Positions 7,858 to 16,753 of a stretch of DNA of 64,000 nucleotides are shown in pieces. The stretch covers positions 23,756 to 87,755 of IMG/VR virus record IMGVR_UViG_3300045971_000431; one strand, given 5' to 3'. The notes below the pieces were generated by a model, which was not told where the DNA came from, searched no databases, and saw only the letters and a program-made list of their open reading frames with translations. The number at the start of each line of letters is the position of its first letter. Within the stretch, counting starts at the first letter, position 1. The translations under genes were made by a program, and so were the position numbers. The DNA is from a virus.

Positions 7858-10122
7858 TTACAGTCCTGGACCATACGCAATCAGTGCCCTGACATCATAC
7901 AGCGACAGCATTAGCGGCGTGGTCAGCACCAACGCACCATTCTTGAAGAACGAAATTATCGTATCGCCATATCCACCAGGCCGCTGTTCAATTACTACAC
8001 CGACAACATCACCAGCAGCTAGTGTTGGATTTCCGGCATTAGGTACACCTTGCACGTTTATTACGCCTGTTGCTGCGTATGTCAGTGCATTTCCACTATT
8101 GACGTAAGAGGTATTTGGTTCGACGAATGCGCCGGGACTAATGACACCAATAGCAGTGTTAGTATCAGCGATTGATACTTCGAAGCAAACAGTGTTGCCG
8201 CCACCAGGAACCATGTTGGCGCCTGCTGCACTGCCTGGACCAGAAAAGGAAATCGTTCTATTGCTATTGCTTAGTGTTGCGCTTGCTGCGATCCAGCTCG
8301 GATCAAGATTACCAACTGCCATCTGCGCTAAAGCTGGATATGCAGCTTGGTAGTTTGCCAAATATGTTGGTGTTGTTGTAGCATCCCAATGTGTGAATGT
8401 TGTTTGTGGCGGCGTGCCAAACACGATGGTGTTTGTTAGCAAGGACGCGACGAAAGTTACGGTACCAGGCACCCAATTGGATCCATCCCACACGAGCGCT
8501 TGACCCGTAGATGGGGCTGGCGCAACAACATCTGACAGGCTGTCAAGAGTATGAGTGTGCGTGATGTCTGACTTGAATGCAAGAGCAGCTGTCAAACCCG
8601 CCACATCAGCCATCACGTGTGTGTGACCGATGGCCGACTTCCCAGCAAGAGCAGCTGTCAAGCCAGTCACGTCAGCCATCACGTGGGTGTGAGCAAGATC
8701 CGCTCTGTTATTGATGTTGAGCTGCAGATTGTTGAGCGCGTCTTGCAGACCTGACACATCATTGATGTTGTGTTGGTGACCCAGCAGTGAGTAGACCAGA
8801 TCATGGTTGTGGTTCAGGGCCGCATACAGCAGATCGTGGTTGTGACCAATGTTCGACTTCGCGGCCAGCAGACCCGCGAGGTCAGTGATGTTGGCTGCAA
8901 CGTGGGTGTGTACCGTGTTTGCCTTGTTAGGCAGAATGCTTTCGACATTGGTGAGGCGTGTGCCCTGATCTTCGAGAGCAAGCACCTGAGCGATGCTCAT
9001 GTATCCATCAGTTGCATTTGTGGCGCTTTGAATCTGGATAGACCAGATCCGCTCGCCAACTGGATTCGTTGAGAACGAAGTGAAGACTGGTGCGACACCG
9101 TTGATGATCAAGCTGTTGGCATTTGCTTGGTAGATCTGCGGCTGTGTTTCACTATCAATGCCAAACAGAATCGTGTTGGCATTCTTGACGAAGCCGATGC
9201 GGAATGCTAGCAGCCCATTGGGACGGACTGGGGTGATCTCGCCATTGCTGCCACAGTAGAGTGGCTTGCCAATATGACCCGACCAGTTCCACTGATCCCA
9301 TTGGATCTCGCCGCTTTGGGTGACGACACCAAACTCGCCATTGTTAAGGTCTTCCTGCACAACGCCAATTGGCGTCTTTGGGTTGATCAATGCTGGGTTG
9401 CTAGAGGCAAGACCAACTGCATCAGGGCCAGAGAAGTAGACGAGGCTGAACTGAGGGATGTTCTCAGAGGCCTTGACTGGAATGAAAGCATTTGGCGGAA
9501 TGGCCAGAATACCCGAGGTGCCTGACGTCGTCTGAATCCGGATGGGAGATGTCGTCGTGAGGAACTCGAGATTAGTGTTGGCACGGATTGGACGTTGCTG
9601 AGAATCCAGCATGATGTATCCAGGATCCGATGGGACATTCAAGCCTACCTGAGACATGCCGATCGGCATGTAGATACGAGATGTGATGATGCCGCCCGGA
9701 ACCGTTCCGGCGAACACAGCAATCTTCGTGTCCCACTTCGCGCCATTCCATACTTTCATGGTAGTGGCTGTGGTGTCGAACCAGTGCTGGTCGTTTGCCG
9801 GATTGGTTGGTGCAGTAGGACCCGAGATTGGAGCAAGGGTCGTGATGCGATGGTAGACTTCAGGCTTCCACGATGCAACCTTCGAGACAATTTCCCAGTA
9901 GAGGTAGCTCGTCACGCCCGATTGGATAGGGCCCCAAGCCAAGTCTACGTCTTGTGAAAAGACCTGGAGGTAGTCACTTGAACCGTGCGCGAAGGCAACC
10001 ACTGTTGGGGTGGGAGCCACCGTGAACGAGATGTAGCCGGCGGTGGTGGACTGTTGAAGAAACTGTGGGTTCACCCCCGCCATGTAGGCAGAGACAATGC
10101 CCTGGCGGAATGAGATCTTCAT
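7858..10122 (-). CDS. Long tail fibre protein with HxH repeats
   Basis: Repeated H(T/N)H...D(V/I)xGLxxALxxK units; WFDT...KVWNG motif; C-terminal SPRY-like GDVVGV...FFKNG. Confidence 0.8.
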   Translation of the reverse strand: MKISFRQGIVSAYMAGVNPQFLQQSTTAGYISFTVAPTPTVVAFAHGSSDYLQVFSQDVDLAWGPIQSGVTSYLYWEIVSKVASWKPEVYHRITTLAPISGPTAPTNPANDQHWFDTTATTMKVWNGAKWDTKIAVFAGTVPGGIITSRIYMPIGMSQVGLNVPSDPGYIMLDSQQRPIRANTNLEFLTTTSPIRIQTTSGTSGILAIPPNAFIPVKASENIPQFSLVYFSGPDAVGLASSNPALINPKTPIGVVQEDLNNGEFGVVTQSGEIQWDQWNWSGHIGKPLYCGSNGEITPVRPNGLLAFRIGFVKNANTILFGIDSETQPQIYQANANSLIINGVAPVFTSFSTNPVGERIWSIQIQSATNATDGYMSIAQVLALEDQGTRLTNVESILPNKANTVHTHVAANITDLAGLLAAKSNIGHNHDLLYAALNHNHDLVYSLLGHQHNINDVSGLQDALNNLQLNINNRADLAHTHVMADVTGLTAALAGKSAIGHTHVMADVAGLTAALAFKSDITHTHTLDSLSDVVAPAPSTGQALVWDGSNWVPGTVTFVASLLTNTIVFGTPPQTTFTHWDATTTPTYLANYQAAYPALAQMAVGNLDPSWIAASATLSNSNRTISFSGPGSAAGANMVPGGGNTVCFEVSIADTNTAIGVISPGAFVEPNTSYVNSGNALTYAATGVINVQGVPNAGNPTLAAGDVVGVVIEQRPGGYGDTIISFFKNGALVLTTPLMLSLYDVRALIAYGPGL

Positions 10123-10128
10123 GGGGTG

Positions 10129-10590
10129 TTATGCCTTTGGTGGCTTGAGCGATGGGTCGGCTGCGTCAACAGCGTCAGAACCTGTGGCGTCCTTGACGGA
10201 AACTTCCTTGTAGCCGTGCTTGGCCGCAACGTACTTCGAGTAGCCTTCGATGGCGCCGACATAGGTGAGGTAGACACCGAGCAGAGACTCGGTGATGGCA
10301 CCAGCCAGTGTCAACTTGATGATGACCCACGTTGCAGTGGCACCGCCCAGGAGCTGGAGAACCTTCGTCAGAGACACAGTGCGGCCGTCCTTCGTGATCA
10401 TGTCGGCGAAGTCCAACTTCTCTGCACGCTGAATGCGCCAGAAGAGCATGAAGATGCCAAACATCAGAACAGTGATCATGACCAAACCGAAGTTGATCTG
10501 GTACCCGAACAGTTCAATGAGGACAGAAGATGAGGTGAGGGGTGCGGAAGCTGAAGCTGCGGATGCTGCGGGTGTCATATGGAACTCCAT
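10129..10590 (-). CDS. Small membrane protein, holin candidate
   Basis: Three hydrophobic segments, charged C-terminus, TAAATA upstream; holin role is inference. Confidence 0.5.
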   Translation of the reverse strand: MEFHMTPAASAASASAPLTSSSVLIELFGYQINFGLVMITVLMFGIFMLFWRIQRAEKLDFADMITKDGRTVSLTKVLQLLGGATATWVIIKLTLAGAITESLLGVYLTYVGAIEGYSKYVAAKHGYKEVSVKDATGSDAVDAADPSLKPPKA

Positions 10591-10604
10591 TGGGGTGTCA
10601 AGCC

Positions 10605-10610
10605 TATTTA
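10605..10610 (-). promoter_or_regulatory. Late promoter core TAAATA
   Basis: Intergenic, heads the fibre cassette. Confidence 0.6.
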
Positions 10611-10633
10611 CGGGACCGAGACCCGGGCAGCAC

Positions 10634-10653
10634 AAAGGGCCCGGAGGCCCTTT
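10634..10653 (-). terminator. Intrinsic terminator after glutaredoxin
   Basis: aaagggcc/ggcccttt hairpin. Confidence 0.6.
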
Positions 10654-10706
10654 CAAAACGCGCGCGCTATCTTGAAGCTAATGCTATAAATCGCGCGCGG
10701 TGGGTG

Positions 10707-10973
10707 TCATGCTGCTTGTTGTGTTTGTTGTTCAAGGTAGCGACGCAGCTCCGTGGCTCCGCCGATCTTGATGTCGCCGCAGGTGATGAACGGCACAGTC
10801 CGCAGGTTTGGGTGTTCGGCCAAGACGGCCTCGCGAGTTACGTACTCCTCACCTTCAACGCGCGGTTGACCGACGTCGATGTTGATGGCCTTGTAGGTCA
10901 GGCCTTTCGATTTAAGGAGGGCTTTCGCCTGGTCGCAGTACGGGCAATTGGGCTTGCTGATCACAGTGAACAT
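10707..10973 (-). CDS. Glutaredoxin
   Basis: CPYC, RTVP, IGGATEL. Confidence 0.93.
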   Translation of the reverse strand: MFTVISKPNCPYCDQAKALLKSKGLTYKAINIDVGQPRVEGEEYVTREAVLAEHPNLRTVPFITCGDIKIGGATELRRYLEQQTQQAA

Positions 10974-11142
10974 GTTTCTTCTCCGGGTAGTTTTGGAATG
11001 CCTCTAAGAGGACACGAGTATAGATCTGTTCCCGCTGGTCATTTGTGAGGTACATCCAGTCGGAAATCTCTTTTGATGTTCTACGGCAGCCCGTGCACTT
11101 CTCATCCTGCAAGTTGCAGGCGCCGGCGCACGGGCTGAGCAT
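10912..11142 (-). CDS. DUF1289-like putative Fe-S protein
   Basis: SPCAGACNL..KCTGCRRT.KEI..W. Confidence 0.75.
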   Translation of the reverse strand: MLSPCAGACNLQDEKCTGCRRTSKEISDWMYLTNDQREQIYTRVLLEAFQNYPEKKHVHCDQQAQLPVLRPGESPP

Positions 11143-11144
11143 GG

Positions 11145-13034
11145 TCAGATCTCGCAGCCGCCAGCCGTGCAGGCCAGAAGCTGAGCACCTTCGACGTTGT
11201 CGTCGACCTCGACGATGCTGTCCCAGTTCAGGTTGCCCGGAATCTTGTCCAGCAGGTCAAGGTACTGCTTCTCAGTGCAGTCCTCGTACGGGGCTTGACG
11301 ATAGGAACCGCCGTCGTATGGCAGGAATGACACCCCTGACATCTCGTCGAAGTGGTCCCACACGAAGGCACCGACGGCCGGCCATTCCTTTTCAGTGACG
11401 GAGATGGTGACCGACGGCTTGTGCTCGCAGTAGTGTCGCTGGAACACCAACCAGAGCTTCAGGTGTTGGATTGCTGTCAGATCCTTACGCAGGAGAGCGC
11501 CTTCCGGTGCCTTCTTCGGAAAGGTGAATACCGTAGTAGACCCAGGCTTCGTGACATCAGGTTCGTGCGGAACGCCAGCAGCGATCATGAACTGCGTCAA
11601 CGGATCCTTGTTGTCAGCACGAACGCGACGGTAGTAGTACGCGGCGTGACGAGCATGCAGACCGGAGGCGGTGTCGCAGCGTTGGCTGACCGTGCCCGAT
11701 GGCTTGATTGCTGTCGTGGCGGTAGCTTGCGGGATGCCGAGTTCTTCAGCGAAGACGCGGTTGATGTCGATGACATGGTCCCGAATCTCTTCCAGAATGC
11801 GAGCCATCTCAGGATCGTCTGGGTTCGTGAACATGTGGTTGTCGAACACACCTGTCATCGAGACGCCGAGCAGACGCTCAGCTTCGGTGTTGTCGCGCCA
11901 GACCTTGCGAAGGTACGGGAAGTGGGTCAGTGTCGACTGGAACGTGCCGAGAATGGCAGCAACACGGGCCTTCCGCTTCAGTGACTCGACCGTATCTTCA
12001 GCGCGAACGATCACTTCGGTCAGGTTGCAGAACTGGTACGGACGGAGGATGATCTCGGAGCACGGGTTCGTGCCGAAGTCGAAGTTTGGATCACGACGAC
12101 CATTCTTCTTCACGACCTTGACTGCAGCTTCGCGATTGAAGATGCCGCGCTCACCTGACTTCGACTCGTACAGGGACAGCCATTCGCGCATGAACACGCC
12201 GACGTCTGGCTTCTCGGTGTAGCATGCCGAGTTGTTGGCGAGAGCACGTTGGCCTTGGGTTTCCCACCATGCACCGCTCTTCGCGTGACGCATCCGGTCA
12301 TCGGACAGGTTCGACAGCGAGATCATTGCCGAGCGACGAACGCCGCCGACGACCACAACTTCACCGATCTTGCACATGATGTCATGGCACTCGAGCGAGT
12401 TCAGCTTCCGCCCTTGAGCGTTCTTGAACGTGCGAACCACGAACTCGAACAACGCGATCAGCGGCTCAGGACCCGAAGCACGACCACCAAACGTCTTCAG
12501 GCGGGCGCCAGCTTCACGAACCTTCTCAGTGTTCCACCGTGGTGCTTCACCGGCGTACAGCAACGTGATGATCTGGCGCAGTGCCTTGGACCAGCCTTCC
12601 TTGGAGTCGGACACCACAACCGTGGTCTCGCTGTCATAGATGCGCTCAGGAATCTCAGGCAGCTTGTTCACGTACTGGCGTTCGACGCTGAAGCCAACAC
12701 CGGTGCCACAGAGCAGGATGTACATGGCTTCGTCGAACGACTTGATGTCATCAACTGGCAGGTACGAGCAGTTGTAGCCAGCGGTGTTGTCACGTTGTAA
12801 CGCCTTACCTGAGGTCATCAGGGCGCGCATTGACGGCATGGCTTCTTGGAAGTTGATGGCGTCATGGAGCTCCTGATAGAGGTCCACGGGCATCCGATAG
12901 TTGTGCTTGGCTTCGAGGTGGCCCTTCATGAAGTCCATGTAGCGGGTGACAGTCTCGCCCCAGTTCTCACGACGGCGTTCCGCATCGATGTAGCGGGCGT
13001 AGCGGGACTTGGCAATGAATGTTTCGTAAAGCAT
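11145..13034 (-). CDS. nrdJ: Class II (adenosylcobalamin-dependent) ribonucleotide reductase
   Basis: YNCSY, GTGVGFS, GGVRRSA, TNPCSEI, IKPSGT, C-terminal CTAGGC. Confidence 0.95.
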   Translation of the reverse strand: MLYETFIAKSRYARYIDAERRRENWGETVTRYMDFMKGHLEAKHNYRMPVDLYQELHDAINFQEAMPSMRALMTSGKALQRDNTAGYNCSYLPVDDIKSFDEAMYILLCGTGVGFSVERQYVNKLPEIPERIYDSETTVVVSDSKEGWSKALRQIITLLYAGEAPRWNTEKVREAGARLKTFGGRASGPEPLIALFEFVVRTFKNAQGRKLNSLECHDIMCKIGEVVVVGGVRRSAMISLSNLSDDRMRHAKSGAWWETQGQRALANNSACYTEKPDVGVFMREWLSLYESKSGERGIFNREAAVKVVKKNGRRDPNFDFGTNPCSEIILRPYQFCNLTEVIVRAEDTVESLKRKARVAAILGTFQSTLTHFPYLRKVWRDNTEAERLLGVSMTGVFDNHMFTNPDDPEMARILEEIRDHVIDINRVFAEELGIPQATATTAIKPSGTVSQRCDTASGLHARHAAYYYRRVRADNKDPLTQFMIAAGVPHEPDVTKPGSTTVFTFPKKAPEGALLRKDLTAIQHLKLWLVFQRHYCEHKPSVTISVTEKEWPAVGAFVWDHFDEMSGVSFLPYDGGSYRQAPYEDCTEKQYLDLLDKIPGNLNWDSIVEVDDNVEGAQLLACTAGGCEI

Positions 13035-13292
13035 TTACTCTCCGTTAGATTGTTCGTTCAGTTGTTTTCGGGTCATTTGGGGACGGAGTTTGATTGCAGC
13101 TTCGGCATCGCCTTGAAGGACAACTTTGCCAATCAGCTTACGTCGGTACTCACCAGTTTCCCACTGTGTCAATGCAGGTTCTCCAGCCACCTTTCGGCGG
13201 ACAGTCTCCTGCGAAATCAGATACTCCACGAAGTCCATGTTGTACGTCACATTCGCAGATGTAACGACACTGAATACCCGAGGAGGTTTCAT
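13035..13292 (-). CDS. Hypothetical protein
   Basis: Start at MKPPR, 6 nt after TACAAT. Confidence 0.6.
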   Translation of the reverse strand: MKPPRVFSVVTSANVTYNMDFVEYLISQETVRRKVAGEPALTQWETGEYRRKLIGKVVLQGDAEAAIKLRPQMTRKQLNEQSNGE

Positions 13293-13361
13293 ATCAGAAT
13301 TGTAACTCACGGCGACAAGTCTCCAGAGACAACAACAGGCTGACGATGCAGCCCGTGTAGG

Positions 13362-13964
13362 TTAGGCGAAGGACTTGGCCGGGTCAGTCGTGAACGTGCG
13401 CATTTCGTTGATGCGCCGCAACCAACCATTGAGGTACTTGGCTTGTGTCGGCTTGTTTGCGACGATAGAGCGGTAGAACGCCTCACGCAGATCGCAGACG
13501 CGATTGCATGCAGCAACTTCGTCCATGGCCTTGGCATGAGCGATCGTGTTCGGACCAATGTCACCATCAGGATCTACCTCGACGGCCTTCTGGAGAAAGA
13601 CTGCTGCACGGCCCACGCCGTGATTGACGGCACCGTCAAAGTGCAGAACAGCAAGACGAGGCGCAAACACAGTAAGTTCATCGCAATGCGCCGCGAGCCA
13701 GTAGCGGCGGAAGTAGATACGCTCGGCTCCAGCCCAGTCGAGCGTCGTGATGTCGAGATCGGGGTTCGGGTTCTTGGCAACGCCATACTTTGTCTCACCG
13801 CCCGGATCCACTGGATCGTTGACATAACCGCAGGCGCGCTTTTGCGCAGTCGTCGAGATAAGACCTTCACGTACCCCCGGAGTGTCAAGGTTCCAGAACC
13901 CGCCCACCTCATAGAGCATTGCATGATTGACTGCTTCTTCGAACGACTTAGTGTACTCTGCCAT
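13362..13964 (-). CDS. Endolysin, glycoside hydrolase family 108 with C-terminal peptidoglycan-binding domain
   Basis: EVGG...YVNDPVDPGGETKYGV, FDGAVNHG, DGDIGPNT, YLNGWLRR. Confidence 0.92.
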   Translation of the reverse strand: MAEYTKSFEEAVNHAMLYEVGGFWNLDTPGVREGLISTTAQKRACGYVNDPVDPGGETKYGVAKNPNPDLDITTLDWAGAERIYFRRYWLAAHCDELTVFAPRLAVLHFDGAVNHGVGRAAVFLQKAVEVDPDGDIGPNTIAHAKAMDEVAACNRVCDLREAFYRSIVANKPTQAKYLNGWLRRINEMRTFTTDPAKSFA

Positions 13965-13967
13965 GAT

Positions 13968-13993
13968 GGTCTCCTGTGGGGAGACCTATTTAT
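13968..13993 (-). promoter_or_regulatory. Late promoter plus RBS-occluding hairpin of endolysin
   Basis: ATAAATA-GGTCTCC-CCACA-GGAGACC-ATC-ATG. Confidence 0.75.
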
Positions 13994-14011
13994 CCAGGGC
14001 CGGTCGGCCGA

Positions 14012-14521
14012 TCAGGTAAGCACGTCGCCTACGGCTTTTCCACCTACCCAGCGGTAAAGGTCATGCGGGCCCATCACGATTCCGTAGAAAAGCGACTTGC
14101 CGTGTGAGAGTTCGGGACCCGTGGGATGCACCATGGCTGAACCCTTGGGTACCATAGGGTGGTATACCGAAGCCTTCGGGCTGAAATCCACGATGTTCAA
14201 CCTGGTTGTCACGAGCTTCCCGTCATCTGGGGAGAAGAGCAGGATGTCATGTTCGAACGTGGCGATCGCCGGAACAGGAATGCAGTCGACTGAATACGTC
14301 TCACGATCAACTGCCATGATGTGCCAGCTGGTCGGGATGTCGATCTCGAGGTTCTGCACCCGCACCTTCACAGTCGGGCCGATGGTCTCTTCGAGGTACG
14401 CGAGCTCCTCCAGTTTGAAGTCCATCATGTGGCCACTGAATGACCAGAAATGGGAGACACCCATCGGAGCCGTGAGACTGTCGATGATGTAGGGACGGGA
14501 GACTTCAGATAGGATTTGCAT
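14012..14521 (-). CDS. Conserved large-phage hypothetical protein
   Basis: 169 aa; LAYLEETIGP...IDIPTSW. Confidence 0.7.
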   Translation of the reverse strand: MQILSEVSRPYIIDSLTAPMGVSHFWSFSGHMMDFKLEELAYLEETIGPTVKVRVQNLEIDIPTSWHIMAVDRETYSVDCIPVPAIATFEHDILLFSPDDGKLVTTRLNIVDFSPKASVYHPMVPKGSAMVHPTGPELSHGKSLFYGIVMGPHDLYRWVGGKAVGDVLT

Positions 14522-14524
14522 GGG

Positions 14525-14743
14525 TTACTTGATTCGCAGCGATTGGTTGAAGAGTGAAGTCACGGCTTCATGCCATTCGAAAAGGGCAGTCTTGACGCGT
14601 CGATTGTCTTTCTTGTCCGTCTCCAAGCAGATGCACCCTGGGCCGAGTGCATGAGAGTACGCAATCTCTTCGTGCTTGAAGATGACAGCCAGCGCATCAG
14701 CTAGCGCAGGCGTGCATTCAAACCGCATGCTTGCCACCGTCAA
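14525..14743 (-). CDS. Hypothetical protein
   Basis: Fills operon gap; exact start uncertain. Confidence 0.5.
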   Translation of the reverse strand: MTVASMRFECTPALADALAVIFKHEEIAYSHALGPGCICLETDKKDNRRVKTALFEWHEAVTSLFNQSLRIK

Positions 14744-14993
14744 AGAAGTCGGGGTAGAGCTTCATGAGACCTTGAACGCTCTCAGTCTTCTCAACGATCT
14801 CCTCGTCCGTGCAGCCGCATGTGCACTGGTAGACGGCCTTCACCTTCAGCTCATCACCACTGATGGTGAAGCTGATGGTCGGTTGTTCCAAGCCCCGCTC
14901 CTGACGAATGAGATTGAAGAGCTTGATCATGGCGATGGTGGCATGTTCAGCCACGTCGAGATCGCTTGGATTGGTACGGGTCTTGATGAGCAT
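14718..14993 (-). CDS. Hypothetical protein
   Basis: Start at MLIKT directly after upstream stop; CTCGC. Confidence 0.6.
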   Translation of the reverse strand: MLIKTRTNPSDLDVAEHATIAMIKLFNLIRQERGLEQPTISFTISGDELKVKAVYQCTCGCTDEEIVEKTESVQGLMKLYPDFFDGGKHAV

Positions 14994-14994
14994 T

Positions 14995-15315
14995 TCAGCG
15001 CCTGAATTCGTAGGTGAGTTTGATGGCGTACCACTCTTTGCCGTCACCAGAGAAGTGCACGAGCTGCGCCCACTTCTCAAGTTCGTAGGTGGACTTGTTG
15101 CTCTCCAGCGGAGTGTCGATGCGGAAGGTGTTCAGCACCTTCGCAGCCACCAGCGTGCCGAAGATGATCCTCAGCATCAGCCCGTACTGTGGCAGGCTGG
15201 GCACCACGTGCTTTGGCTGGAGGTCTCCTCCATTGACACGATAGAGCTGGTTTAGAGCTTCGAGAACGACAGGCTCACATGCCTGCGCTTTGATTGGACG
15301 TGATACGATCTTCAT
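14995..15315 (-). CDS. Hypothetical protein
   Basis: ATGA-coupled to upstream gene. Confidence 0.6.
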   Translation of the reverse strand: MKIVSRPIKAQACEPVVLEALNQLYRVNGGDLQPKHVVPSLPQYGLMLRIIFGTLVAAKVLNTFRIDTPLESNKSTYELEKWAQLVHFSGDGKEWYAIKLTYEFRR

Positions 15316-15704
15316 GCGCCGTCCTTGACCATGTTGATTGAGTGGATGACGAAGTCCTTGACCTCGCCGAACACCGAGACGGTGCCGTACCCAGCAGTGC
15401 GGAAGTCGTAGGACACCCCCGCATCGAGCAGCTCTGCAGCGATCTTCCCTTGCGGGGTTTCCATCAGCACCACATCACCGATCAACTCATTCGCCTCGTT
15501 GAAGCGGAGGTTGCCCACGATGTGCGATGCCTTGGCTAGGTCGAGCCCACCTTCTGGCATACCGATCTGACCGAAGAGGCGGCCATGAAGGCCAGCACTA
15601 TCCTCGACCTTCTTCACGGCAGCTTCGAGAGTTGCGCGTGAATAGATCCGGCCGTTGGCATTGGGAGTATCGGCCTTCATGATGACGACAGTAAATTGTT
15701 TCAT
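15312..15704 (-). CDS. Prohead protease (gp21-family) paralog, predicted inactive
   Basis: AD.PN.NGRIY, SHIV, TPQGKIA..LL.AG retained; GELxHP>GQIGMP, GVSSRG>DFRTAG, xDxV>INMV. Confidence 0.8.
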   Translation of the reverse strand: MKQFTVVIMKADTPNANGRIYSRATLEAAVKKVEDSAGLHGRLFGQIGMPEGGLDLAKASHIVGNLRFNEANELIGDVVLMETPQGKIAAELLDAGVSYDFRTAGYGTVSVFGEVKDFVIHSINMVKDGA

Positions 15705-15744
15705 GAGTAATTGTAACACGCTCAGGTGTTTATCTTGGTCGTTT

Positions 15745-16116
15745 TCAGGACCGGTTTTGGGCTTTTAGCTGAACGTAGCTGACACCGGGATTTGGATCAC
15801 GTATTGTGAAGTAGACACCACCTTGCTGATCTTCAAGCCAAAAGGTGGTTCCGCCAGGCTCTTGATACGCATCCATTAGTCCTGTGCTGTTGCCAACCTT
15901 GAGGCATAACTCGTGGCCGTTGCGCGTTATGAAATCAATGATGCCAGTTGTATCTTCATCCAACCCGGTAACATCTATTCTTCCAAACATGCCCAACGTT
16001 GCCAACACATTGATGGCTCGCAAACCCAATGCGATTTCGCTGTTAGACACCTCGAGATCAATTCTGCCAAAAGCATAACCAGGACTTGTCATCGGTTTCT
16101 CCGTATAAATAAGCAT
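15745..16116 (-). CDS. Hypothetical protein
   Basis: 123-aa ORF, lower GC; start uncertain. Confidence 0.55.
   Translation of the reverse strand: MLIYTEKPMTSPGYAFGRIDLEVSNSEIALGLRAINVLATLGMFGRIDVTGLDEDTTGIIDFITRNGHELCLKVGNSTGLMDAYQEPGGTTFWLEDQQGGVYFTIRDPNPGVSYVQLKAQNRS
16104..16111 (+). promoter_or_regulatory. Late promoter TATAAATA for the homing endonuclease
   Basis: Perfect octamer 21 nt before the TTG start; SD GGGAG. Confidence 0.75.
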
Positions 16117-16132
16117 TTGCGGGAGAGCAGTC

Positions 16133-16753
16133 TTGTTCTACGTCTACACGTATTCTTCCAACGGCGTTCCCTACTATGTGGGTAAGGGGCAAAAGGCTAG
16201 AGATGTGGTGCATCTCAACATGGCGAAAAATCCAAAGGTCGCGAAAGAAACCGCGTGCATCGCCGAAACGCGCAGGCTTCTAGAAGGTAACTCGCCAGTT
16301 GAAGTCAAGCGAGTGGCAGATGGTCTGTCCGAAGTCGAGGCTTTCGAATTGGAAAAAGCGCTCATCACCCAACACGGAAGACGCCAACATGGTGGGCTGC
16401 TAGTAAACAGGACCGCTGGAGGGCAGGGCGCCTGCGGCGCGGTTCGATCACCAGAAGAGCGAGCACGTGTTGGCGCAATGTTTAGGGGCATCAAACTTTC
16501 ACCGGAACGCTGCAAGAAAACGTCTGATTGGAACAAGGCCCATGGTAAGCGGCCACCGCTAAAATATGGCGCAGAACACCCACGTGCGAAGGCGGTTACT
16601 GTGCGCCTGCCGGACGGCACACACCACTCTGTACCCTGTTTGAAGGAATTTTGTAGCGTGAATGGGCTAAACATGTCGACGGTCCGCAACACTCTTTACG
16701 AGAAGAGACCCATCAAGCGCGGGCCATGGGCTGGCTTGATGCTCATGTGTTGA
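16133..16753 (+). mobile_element. Free-standing GIY-YIG homing endonuclease with NUMOD3-like region
   Basis: FYVY...YYVGKG...R, AFELEKALI, LVNRTAGGQG; antisense to all neighbours. Confidence 0.85.

Noticed and set aside
7851-7860. Late promoter candidate TAAAATA before the PKD gene
   Set aside because: Does not match TAAATA; it is the stop codon plus SD spacer
8540-8930. Near-identical DNA repeats (agagcagctgtcaa...cagccatcacgtg)
   Set aside because: Explained by the coding HTH-VMADV-GLTAAL repeats of the tail fibre
13307-13567. 86-aa minus-strand ORF overlapping the endolysin end, considered as an embedded spanin
   Set aside because: No lipobox or TM segment; looks like an alternative-frame artefact
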